This document shows, one piece after another, positions 53,091 through 64,000 of a stretch of 64,000 nt of DNA (position 1 is the first letter of the stretch; each line of letters opens with the position of its first letter). The notes under the pieces were generated by a model, which worked only from the letters and a program-made list of their open reading frames with translations, was not told the DNA's origin and ran no database searches. This stretch comes from Octopus sinensis (lineage: Eukaryota), in the NCBI RefSeq assembly GCF_006345805.1, contig NC_042999.1, positions 105,214,001 to 105,278,000 of the forward strand. The letters are read 5' to 3'. Position numbers and translations under genes: made by a program.

Positions 53091-54326
53091 AAGCTTATTC
53101 TTTTCTTATTTTTATTCATATACACACAATACACAACAGATAACACTATTGGAAAAGAAAAAATTTCTAACGTCAGGCTAGAACAAGTAACCTTGGATGC
53201 CAAGAGCCCGCCTAAGTAACCTTGGATGTCAAGAGCCCGCCTAAGTATCCTAACTGTCCCTAATAACATTGTTTTCTGGAGATATACTAAACTGAGTTTT
53301 ATGTATATTTCCTCTATCCATCAGTTCGAATCTTTATAGATACTCCTTAATGCTTTCACAGTACGTAGTTGTCCTTTAAGCTCATTATCGTCTTTGCAAT
53401 ATAAAAATTATCCGTATTAAGTCATCCATATATAATAGATGACTTATTTTCTTTTCACCAATTTTATATCCATACCCTGTTCTTTTAAGTCCGTTTGTAA
53501 GGGATATTAGTGCTATGCAGAAAATAAAGGTGAAAGTGAGTCACTTAGGACTTGATATTAATATTTTGTCTGGTTAGTACTCCATTAGTGTGGTATAACT
53601 GGAGATTCCTATTCCACATCGACATCAGAGGAGAAATTTTGAAGATGTCCAGCGATTCAAGATCTATGAATGCGGTATGCTGTCGAAGTACTTTTTATAA
53701 TCAATCCATGCAGAACTGAGATTTCTGCGTTTGTTATGACAGTTCTCAACTATCATGCGATTAATTAGGAGTTTGTCTTTACAACCGTACGAACCTCGTC
53801 GGCAAATATCGTTCTGTTGTATAAATTTGTATGTTTTCGCCACGAGAATGGTTGTTAAAATTTTATAGCCATGCTATGGGCCGATAGTTTTGGAGAAATT
53901 CGGCTTCATTATTTTTCAAGAGTAGGTAAGTAATACCTCTTGTTATCAGTCAGGTGTTTTCGAAGGATCTCTCATAATTTCATTGAATAACTGGACTACA
54001 TCTTTTGTGCGCACAGGATCGAGGCGAGCCAGAAATTTGGCACCTAATCATTACCAGGGGATTTCCATTTATGAGCTTTCGTGTGTGTCATCCTTAGGTC
54101 TGCTATTGTGATGTGTTTCCATGCTTATTCTGGTAAGCTTTTGTAGGGTCTTTCTGCGCGTCTAATCCAGTCTACATTTTCATTGTAAGTCTTTTCATAA
54201 GACCAGATAATTTTTCCAGAAGATTTCACCTTCTTCCCTAGCAGTGAAGTGGTCTACAGCGGCTAATTTCTTCCCTATTTCTCTGTAGAATATTTTCGCA
54301 TTGGATGTGAACAGCTTATCTTGCTC
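53091..54326 (-). mobile_element. Dong/R4-like LINE copy D (old, internally deleted)
   Basis: QDKLFTSNAKIFYREIG...EEGEIFW, NYRPI, WIDYKKYFDSIPHS-like and HLLYMDDL, then a jump to QKTMLLGTVRILRRALD. TTA arrays at both ends. Confidence 0.85.
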
Positions 54327-54450
54327 ATTATTATTATTGATATTATTATTATTATTATTACTATTATAATAATTATTATTATTACTATTATTATCATTAG
54401 TAGTAGTAGTAGTAGTAGTAGTAGCATCAGAAGCAGTAGTAGCTGTAGCT

Positions 54451-54497
<47 letters not shown>

Positions 54498-54526
54498 TGT
54501 TGTTGTTGTTTTTGTTGTAGTACCAT

Positions 54527-54715
54527 AAATGCGGCGAAGTAGCAGAATCGTTGGAACGCCGGGCAGAAAGTTTAGAGGCATTTTATCCCTCTTTAAGTTC
54601 TGAGTTAAAATTCCTCCATGGTCGACTTTACCTTTTATCCTTTCGGTTTCGATAAAATAAATTCTAATTGTATACTGGGTTCGATGCAATCAACTTTCCC
54701 CTCTCCCTCACCTAC
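54527..54715 (+). mobile_element. tRNA-derived SINE copy
   Basis: GCGGCGAAGTAGCAGAATCGTTGG...GTTCTGAGTTAAAATTCC...GGTCGACTTTACCTTTTATCCTTTCGG. Confidence 0.85.
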
Positions 54716-54757
54716 TGTTCTTGTGCTAAAATTTGATGCCATCATCATCATCATCAT

Positions 54758-54839
<82 letters not shown>

Positions 54840-54874
54840 GTCGTCGTCGTCGTCATCATCATCATCATCACTAC

Positions 54875-55085
54875 AAGGGTGTCGGTGATCTGGCAGAATC
54901 GTTAGGACGTCACGCAAGACGTTTAGCGGCCTTTCACCCGTCTTTACGTTCTGAGCTCAAATTCCGTCGAGGTCGTCTATGTCTTTCATCTTTTCGGTGT
55001 CGATAAGATATGTATCAGACACATACTAGAGTCGGTGTAACTGATTAGCCTCCTCGCCTAGATATTAAGGTCTTGTAGAAACATT
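54875..55085 (+). mobile_element. tRNA-derived SINE copy
   Basis: GGTGATCTGGCAGAATCGTTAG...TTACGTTCTGAGCTCAAATTCCGTCGAGGTCG...TTTCATCTTTTCGGTGTCGATAA. Confidence 0.85.
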
Positions 55086-55099
55086 GTGATAATTAGAAG

Positions 55100-55255
55100 T
55101 ATTCGGTCAGCTGACCGAACAATTAGCACGTCGAACAAAATGCTTAACAGTATATCTGCCGGATTTACCTTCTATAATGAAATTCAGCTGAGATCTACTT
55201 CACCTTTCAACTGTTTTAAGGGTCGATTAAATAAGTACTACGTGATTACTGTTAA
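55100..55255 (+). mobile_element. Degenerate SINE copy
   Basis: TTAGCACGTCGAACAAAATGCTTAACAGTAT...GGGTCGATTAAATAAGTAC. Confidence 0.6.
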
Positions 55256-55289
55256 TATTTCAGGCCTGATGTCTATGTAAGAAAAGATT

Positions 55290-55845
55290 ATCGGAAATGG
55301 AAATAATAGCATCAGCAGCATTTAAAAAGTAGTATTAAAAAAAAGTATAGAGCGCAAGTGTAATTTCAATAAAGAATAAAATAAGAATTTTTAATACTAA
55401 CGTAAAAGCGGTGTTATTGTATGGGGTTGAGACATGGCGAACAACTGTTAAGTCAAATAAGCAAATACAATCATTCATCAACAGATACTTGGGTAGTATA
55501 CTTAAAATTAGATGGCCCGAACACATAAGCAATATAGAACTATGGCAAATAACAAATCAAGTTTCAATTAGGGAGCAAATATTTAAGAAAAAGTGGAAGT
55601 GGATTGGTAGTACAATTAGAATAGAGACACCAAATATAGCGAAAAGTGCTTTACAGTGGAAACCAGATTGATATAGAAAGAGAGGTAGGCCTAAGAACTC
55701 GTGGCGTAGATCGGGACAAAAGTAACTAGAGAAAGGGTGACATTCATGGCAGATTATTAGTACAGAAGCGAAACATTATGCGACATGGAATTCAACTATA
55801 AGTGGCCTATACTCCGCGTTGGAGGTTTAAAGGCAGAAAAAAAAA
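55290..55845 (+). mobile_element. RTE-clade LINE 3' fragment (SR2-like lineage)
   Basis: RIFNTNVKAVLLYGVETWRTT...LKIRWPEHISNIELWQITNQ...WKWIG...ALQWKP...KRGRPKNSWRR. Confidence 0.9.
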
Positions 55846-57124
55846 TAGTACGTATTCTTTCAAATTATCCGATATCGATCAACGTTATGTGCGTGAGAAT
55901 ACTTTTAAGGATATTCGCCATGAATAAATATCAATATTTACCATAGGCGTGCAGTATTTTACTCAGTGAACAGGCAATCTTGCTACGTTGGCTCTGTTTT
56001 ATACACTTACTTCGTTCGAAGACCACATTCAGTGCGTATATAACATATAACAACGAAAAAGAAAAAGAAAAGAAGCTGTAAAATCACAATGAGTGTGGTG
56101 TACTTTGTCGCTTTTGTTATCAAGTGCATAGCATAGCATAATGAAGTTGGTGACGTATCTCTTTCAGATAATACTATTTTTCTAATGAAATGTTGCTTTT
56201 CTTAAAAACTTAAACATAGGCATTTTACACCAGAAAAGCAAAGACGAGCATTAATACAGATCACTTGTCAGTGGATATACATGTTCTGCTTCATTTGCAC
56301 CTCATACAATTATTAACGTTGCCAAATTATAAGAGCTTTGAAATTCTTTATTTCGGTCTACATCAAACAAAATTGTTATTTGCAAAAAGCCTCGTTTCTG
56401 GGTTTAATTGAAATTCCTTAAACTTGAAGGGAAAATGAATACCTGATAATAAATGATTATATTCTAACTTCAGATACCTTATATCGCATAAGAAAATGCA
56501 TTTAATTTTCATTTCTATTGTTTTATGAATTATTGTATTATTATTTTCTTTTTACCAATAATCATTTTTAATGTTTAAATAAAGACAAATACAAATGAAA
56601 ATTAGCTATTTCATAAACATTTGTACTTTACCATTTCAAATGCTTAAATTTCAAAGAACTGTTTTCACATTGAGTTTTGATTCATTGTTTAAATTCTTCA
56701 TATTCTACATTAGCATTATCACAGTAAGAAACATCACTATTCTCAAATCACAATGAGTCTAGTGGCACTACAACATTATCAAATTCCAATAAATTTACGC
56801 AAAAGATCTTCAGAATCCAATATTCCTTAGTTAAAGACAATTAAGGAATGGCTTTAGATGCTTGAAGTTTAATTTCAGAAGAGATTGTAAATTCATAAGT
56901 AGGAATGGTAATATAATAACAAAGGATATATAATAGGAAAGGAATTGTTCAAATTAGCTGACAGGATTTCAGCAAGTAGTTCAATAATTGAGAATTTAAA
57001 TAGAAACATTAAAACTAAATTATATAATTATTTTCCAAGTGGGTAGAAGGTCACACAATAAGGGACACTAGAAGGTATTGATTCACACACCTATATAGTA
57101 ACTTTGTTTCAAACTTTGGAACAC

Positions 57125-57295
57125 AGCCAGCAATTTTGAGGTAAATCGATTACATCGACCCAAGTAGGCAACAGGTGTTTATCATATCGACTACGAAATG
57201 ATAGAAGGTAAAGTCGACCGCAGTGGAATTTGAACACAGAATGTAAAGACTGACGAGATGCAGCTCAGCATTGTGTCGGGCGTACTAACTCACCC
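57125..57295 (-). mobile_element. tRNA-derived SINE copy
   Basis: Plus strand AATCGATTACATCGACCC...AAAGTCGACC.CAGTGGAATTTGAAC.CAGAATGTAAAGAC is the reverse complement of the main family. Confidence 0.8.
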
Positions 57296-58749
57296 ATACT
57301 AAGTCAGTTTCAGCGAGATTTGATCTCACACAGAAAGTGGAATCTTAAACACCGTAAAGAGTTTCAATCAATTATTTCACCATTTCGACCAGCTCACTAT
57401 CCTTTAAACTATATTATGTAATAATAAATTTGAGATAACCGTTGATAAACTGTACTTATCATATTACAGCTAACGATTTATGAATACTAATTTATGAAGC
57501 GAAATATTATTAACCAAAATCAAAGGAGGTTTAGTTAAAACATAGTAACCGAAGCTTAACATTTCTAAAGTGGAATATATAAAATAACAAGGGCATATCA
57601 CAGTATTACTCATAATAAAGGAATTATGATTAATTAGGAAGAATACAAGTATAAAATTTTCTTTTAATTTCATAGTCTCTTGGATTGCTTTATAAGAGTC
57701 AAAAGGCTAATTATTAGTAGTCAAGCAGAAAATATAGCTATTTTATGAGTGTGAAATACGTAAATAGTTAATTATCAAATCAAACTGCTCGCATAGTACA
57801 AGCTTGCAATAACATCATGAAGTAGTATGTCGCTTTTTAAAAGTAGTAGAGTCTGATATGGGAATTAGAGTAAACAGATAATGTCTTATCTAACCATATT
57901 CACTAATTTGAATAGAGTGGTTTTGGAACTGAACAATCAATATGAAACATACACATAGATAAAACTTTACCTTTCTAAAGTCCCAAACATACAGAATAAG
58001 AAAATAAAAAAAAATGTGTGAAGAGAAAGAGCTTCAACAAGGATCGGAATCAATGAGAATCACAAAAACTTATCAGTTTCAGCTGTAGACACAATGCTGA
58101 ATATTTGGGAGAGGGGCAGGTCAATACCAGTGGCACTTGACTGTCAGTTTATGTTATTGGACTAGAGATGATGAAATGAAATCTTGGCTCGGCTGAATTT
58201 GATGTGAAAACGCAAAGAGCTGGGGTGGTGATTGTATAACTACTACACTCACTTGTTTAAGTAGTTATGAAATAACTACATACTGAGTAAAATCATTCCC
58301 GAAATTGATATGATCAACTAAAACTTTGAGGTGAGTGCACCTTTATGGTCGCTTCCTATTGACCAAAACGAGTGAAGAATAAATCCTGTAATAATTTTTA
58401 TTCATACATTTGTATGCAGTGTTAATATTACTGAATGCTACATAATCCAACTCTACTTAAAGATATGAATATTGTTTTCCCACCATTTAATTTCGTTAAA
58501 ATCATCTGCACCAAAAATAAAATGTCTTAATTTTTTGCAACGTTACCAGGGCTTTCTAGCAATTTTTTAAATCTTAATCCGTTTAACATTCGCAGGTCAG
58601 TGTAAAGGCTTTTATATGTCTCTATACACTACTCTTAAATGTCAAACTGATTTTCATATTAGCATCATTCTTAATAATACATGCTTTCCGACTTTTTATA
58701 TTTGTAATCTCTGTTTTACTATGTTGGCAATAATCAATAAAGTTAGTTA

Positions 58750-59110
58750 ATAAACATTAAATTTATTTTCATTATTTGGAATTATGTTGACCATGTAAAC
58801 TAAAGCTTCTTCGTTTAACTCCTGTTCCACAAACATTTCCTGAAGTTCTTCGGCAACTAAATCATGCAACCTCTCATCTAGCGTTGAACGGGCGACAGTA
58901 TGTCAGTGTTTAAATTTAGCATTTTTTAAATTCAACTTTTTTGCTTTCCAGCATTTATTTAAGCTGGTTTTATTAATTTTTCAAATCGCTATTGCAATTA
59001 TCTTTGCAGGGTGAAGAACATTACACTTTTACAGTACCTCAAAAGCAATAAAATTACTTGCTTCCATATTTAATATTTATACGAATATTAAGTAAAGCTT
59101 GTCTTAATGT
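58750..59110 (-). mobile_element. pogo/Tigger-like transposase C-terminal remnant
   Basis: LNKCWKAKKL and TVARSTLDERLHDLVAEELQE resemble Tigger C-termini. Confidence 0.35.
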
Positions 59111-59569
59111 TACAAATCTTGTGGCTTGATCTCATGGTCGTATACAAATGGTGTATTAGCGGAAGGTGGAAGTTAAAAGGGGGTATTAGTTCTAATTCTA
59201 CATAGAAGTGTTGAATATTATCTATTGATTATCTACCAGGGTTGAATCTTTGAGGTGATACAGGATAAATAAAGTTTGGGTAAAATATTACAGTTGTTAT
59301 CCAGCTTTATATTTCTTTACACGCTAATGAACTGGAACATTACTGTTGCTCAATCCTCATTTGTGAAACCTGAATAAAGATACGTATTAATCGAAACTCT
59401 TAAGACAACCCCGTCCTGATGTGATTTCACGTCAAAGGCATATACTCGATCGCCATAGATGACCGACTACTAGGATTACCATACTCAAACAGGTCAACTA
59501 ACCAATCCTACGAGTAACTGGATTACAGGAGCACGTTACAATTCACAGCGTTAATAATAATGATAATAA

Positions 59570-59780
59570 TAATCCTTTCTGCTATAGACACAAGACCTTA
59601 AACTTTGGGGGAAGAGCCAGTCGATTTCATCGACCCAAGTGTGTAATTCATACATGTTTCATTGACACCAAACGGGTGAAAATCAAAGTCAACATCGGCG
59701 GAATTTTAACTCAGAACATAACGACAAACAAAATGGCGCTAGTCATTTAGCCCGTGGTACAATCAATTCTGCCACCTCAC
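59570..59780 (-). mobile_element. tRNA-derived SINE copy
   Basis: Reverse complement of the family (AAAGTCAACATCGGCGGAATTTTAACTCAGAAC...ATTCTGCCA). Confidence 0.85.
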
Positions 59781-59782
59781 AA

Positions 59783-59813
<31 letters not shown>

Positions 59814-60008
59814 CTTCTTCTTCTTCTTCTTCTTCTTCTTCTTCTTTTTCTTCTTTTTCTTCTTCTTCTTTTTCTTCATCATCATCTTCTTTTTCTTCAT
59901 CATCATCATATTCTTCTTCTTTTTCTTCTTCTTTTTCTTCATCATCATCATATTCTTCTTCTTCTTCTTCTTCTTCTTCTTCTTCTTCTTCTTCTTCTCT
60001 TCTTCTTC
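59783..60008. repeat. (TTC)n/(ATC)n microsatellite
   Basis: Direct repeats. Confidence 0.95.
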
Positions 60009-60014
60009 TCATTA

Positions 60015-60138
60015 GCATGAAATTTTGGGGGAAGGGCTAAGTCGATTACATCATCTCCAGCGTTTCACTGGTACTTAACTCATCGAATCCGAAAGGATGA
60101 AAAGCAAAGTCGACCTCGGCGGAATTTTAAATCAGAAC
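60015..60138 (-). mobile_element. tRNA-derived SINE copy, 5'-truncated
   Basis: CTGGTACTTAA...CCGAAAGGATGAAAAGCAAAGTCGACCTCGGCGGAATTTTAAATCAGAAC. Confidence 0.85.
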
Positions 60139-60139
60139 T

Positions 60140-60600
60140 GATAGGCTGTATGCACCTAGAAACAGGAGAGGAAGAGGCCTTATAAGATGCAAGATCTGTG
60201 TTGTCAACGGGAACATCATGCAAGGCTACATTAAACAGCAAAATGAATCCTTGTTTGTCGCTGTTACATTAAACAATATAATACGTACTGAAAATGTGAT
60301 ACACCCATAAACATTTATCAAAGAAAACGAAGAAAGGATAAACAATTGGAGAATGAAGCCAACGTATGGGCAATATCTCAGAGGAATGTAAGGAAAAGAC
60401 AGGAAGAGCACATGGGTAGGGATAAGAAAATGTGATCTGAAAGGATGCACTTTGATATTGAAATGCATCGTTCTGAAAACTAATGAAACCAAGTTCCAAA
60501 TAGATAAGAGCAGAGGTACCACTCCTCTGTAGGATATATGACAGCAAAAACGAAACAAAATTAAGTGGAAGCAAGTGAAACGACCTGGGCATATTTCAGT
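60140..60600 (+). mobile_element. Old R4/Dong-like LINE internal fragment
   Basis: DRLYAPRNRRGRGLI...WRMKPTYGQYLR...DLK...KFQIDK matches the post-RT region; compare copy B RLYIQRIEGGRGL. Confidence 0.75.
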
Positions 60601-61408
60601 GGAAGCAGACTGTGCAAAGTTTGCTTTGATTCGAGGCCAATGAACCTATAGTGTTCGCACTATACACGTGCTTCCTTGAATATAAAAAGAGAAATTGTTC
60701 GTCGGTGACATCAGGAAGGAAAATTTGTTTTAAAGACGATGTCTTCTTCGTTCGCTGACTAGCGAACTAAAATATACATAAAAGTACATAAACTGACTCT
60801 TTTAGTATAACAGTAACAGGATTGAAAAGCTTCTTTAATACAAAATTATTGCAAAACGCTGACTTGCGCTTCCATTGCGCGAGCATTTTTGGGTATAATC
60901 AATCAATATTACATTATACAAATCGGTCCATATTGAGTCAACTGTGACACCAAATACCCAAAACGGTGCTAATATATTTTCAAGGTGATTCGCTCGCGGA
61001 TATTTTAGATAATTTTGTTAGCATAATCAATTCAATATAGACCGATTCGTCTATTATAACATTGAAGGATTATATCCAAACGTACTTGCGTAATGGAAAC
61101 GCGTGCTGTCTTTTTGTATCTTCTAATCCTGTATTAATGAGGTCCTATTCTTCGTTTTTTAAACATACTTATATAGTCTGGAATTTTTTCGAAATTCTTC
61201 TAAGCTAGCTTCGGGTTTACTGATAGGACCATGAGCTTAATACCGAATGGTAATACTTTGGATCCTATAGATTCCGATCCATCGACATAGCCAGCTAAGT
61301 TTGGATGTCTACAGAGTGTTTACAAAGGTGTCTGCCTGGTTTTTGAATCCCTATCACTTTCAATGATATATATATGTCTGTGTGTATATATAAAGAGAGA
61401 TGAGAGCA

Positions 61409-61442
<34 letters not shown>

Positions 61443-64000
61443 TCAGTGTGTGTGTGTTCGAAAAATATGAAAAGAGAGAGATATGGGAAGTATATGACAG
61501 ATAGTTCAGATAAAGTGATACATAGCAAATAACAGGAAAATAAATGTATTAGGAGACAACATAATAAATAGTATAATTTCTAAATTGACAGTTTCACTTT
61601 TAAGTGAATAAGAAACCTTTTATTTTCTTCGAATACAACAGACTTGGAAAATATAATTTTAATACGTTAGAAAAATTTCGCAAGGAAAATCTATAAAGTA
61701 TATAATCGCAGATATGTCATTTGTGTTTAATATCTTCATTTAACCATATTTTACTACTAAGTTACTCAATTTTAAAAATAAAATAATACAATATTCATTA
61801 GGTAAAGCCCTATAGCGTTATCTCTCACATCACAAACAAAAAATTTATACAAGAATATTGAATCGAAAATTTTTCAAGAACAAAAGCATTTCATACTGCC
61901 TTGCTGCAAGAAATACAGTTTTATTTAAATGTGTTCCCATGGAAATGAATTTAATAACGGGAGAATAAAATATGCTGTCATATAAATGAAGTAATAATGT
62001 GTTTCATCTCATTTTCATGTTATATTCATTTGGCTTATATTCTATAGATTTTGTTTTATAAAATGTTGTTTTTCTTTTCTCTCATTCTCCGTTATTGGTT
62101 TACTTTCAGCAAGATTATAAATACGCTAGTTGCAATCTGTCAATTGGAATAACGTACACTTTAGGATTTAATATGATATTGTTTCGCTTTCAATAGTCCC
62201 TTTATTTGTTGCCTTTTAGTGAGCTTGCATTATTTACTTACGTTTATGTTTGCAAATGGGTATGTATGAATTCATGGGAAATATTTTGAATTAGAATGTT
62301 ATTTTATGTTCCCAGCTAATACACTAAAACTGTCAATGCTTCACAAATGCAAATTTGGGTAAATATACTGATGCAATAGGAAAGGAATAGTATTTCAAAA
62401 ATAGAAATCACAGACGTATTAACACGATTATTTGTATTAACGTCATTTTAAAAAAGAAACCGTGACTATATTCCAAAATTTAAATAGATTCAGCATGAAA
62501 ATGGGATATACAGGGCTGGTCGAATCTGAGTTTGAGATGATAAAGTGTTAACGACAAAAATGCTTCGGTCGATAGTACCTGCCCCGCAAATTGATAGTAA
62601 TTTACAGATTTTTGAATGACTTAGAATACTTTACGTGAAATTTATTCTCAGATAAGACGATTAAAAGCAATGACATTCGAATACGTTCCATATATGATTT
62701 TTACATGAATAATAGACTCCCGTGTGTATCTTATCATATTAGAGAACGCAAAATAAAACAGTAATCAAGTGAAATTAATCGTACATTCATTGGTGTTAAT
62801 GGTTTACTTGCCTGCTTTGTATTTCTGTGTGCTTGTAAACATGTTTGTGTGATGTATGTGATTGTGTGATAATAGTGACCGGGATGGGGTGGGATAGTGA
62901 CTTCCCTTGTATGCAATAATGGGCGTGCAGTCTGTTGCGTTGCACTTATATGGTCATATGGTTTTATGCGTTTCTGAAATTTTTTTCGCAGTCACCTTCA
63001 ATTGAAATTTCTGAGTACTGTACCATAGCTCTTTTGACACGAATTTCCCTCAATGCTAATGAATTGTCTTTTCATTAAAAGTGTAATATCAATTGGTGGT
63101 ATTCATTTATCGATTGACCGCTCTACGTTGGCGCACACCTGTTTTATTTTCTTTATGCGGAAGACGTTTTTGAGAAACTTCATAAAGAACCAAAGGATAG
63201 TCATCTTCTCACTTTATTTGGAATAATTTTAAACAAAAATCACACGTGTAGTTCATGGACAGGACAATGTGTCGGACAGGTCGGTAACAACCTCTTTTTT
63301 TTTAAGCTAATGTAATCACATTAGAAAATAAATAAATCATTCATTTTCTGTTGTACTTAATCCGAAAAATGCGGTCAACTGGCAGAACAAGTTGAACGGC
63401 CCACAAACGTATGTTTCGAACGAATTCTTACTAATTTTTGCGTTGTGCAGAGCTCAGCTTCACGTCTGTCCTTCAGAAATCGATGGATAAAATACTAGTT
63501 GTATACCGTTCTCAATTCTTCTCCCTACTTTAATTAACGTTGCAATTATTTCTCTCCTTCAGTCTCAGGATCTGCAATGCTGTGCAGTGAGGGATTTGGG
63601 AGAAGTGGCTTTCAATGAACTTTCCTTTAAAGAAACACAAGTCGGTTGAATCAATGGTTAAACAGGTGTCGTATCTAACATGATAAAAGGAGCATTTCGA
63701 GGAAACCATTTAACAGTGTGCATAGAAGATATTAAGTGGGCCAGACAGAGGTTTTACAGCAATAAAATTGGTTGGGTATTTTAAGAGTTTAGCAAAGGAA
63801 TAATATTCAAGAGTCAAGCAGTGTGTAATAATGCTCGATAGATAATTCAACAAAGTCTCCTTTCATCTATTACAGTTACAGGGATGACGGCGAGGATAAT
63901 GTTGCTGGTGCTGCTTTGGTGTGTATATAGATGTTATGAAGTGATGGACGGAGCTTTAGAATTTCCCGTACACACACAACACACACAACACACGCACACA

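Noticed and set aside
53185-53242. 29-bp direct repeats as a possible CRISPR array
   Set aside because: Only two adjacent units, no spacer, inside a eukaryotic LINE.

Overview
AT-rich, repeat-dense eukaryotic DNA. The SINE families and microsatellite load suggest a cephalopod, probably Octopus (inference from recognition, not a search). I recognise no host protein-coding gene, rRNA, tRNA or CRISPR array with confidence. Most listed ORFs are microsatellite translations or transposon fragments. The window holds R4/Dong-type LINE fragments (RT plus restriction-like endonuclease) sitting in (TAA)n arrays, four RTE-clade LINE fragments, four Tc1/mariner and two pogo/Tigger-like remnants, a Helentron-associated non-autonomous element, about ten copies of a tRNA-derived SINE, Penelope-related repeats and many microsatellites. 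The most interesting points are: (1) three minimal hammerhead-ribozyme-like motifs from two repeat families; (2) a head-to-tail stack of four Dong-like elements in TAA arrays, one array shared with a SINE tail; (3) an RTE nested in a Dong element with a 10-bp target-site duplication; (4) an RTE ORF ending in three degenerate C2H2 fingers; (5) two long palindromes bounded by (TA)n; (6) speculative minus-strand exons that could encode a small amidated-peptide precursor. Boundaries of degenerate elements are approximate.
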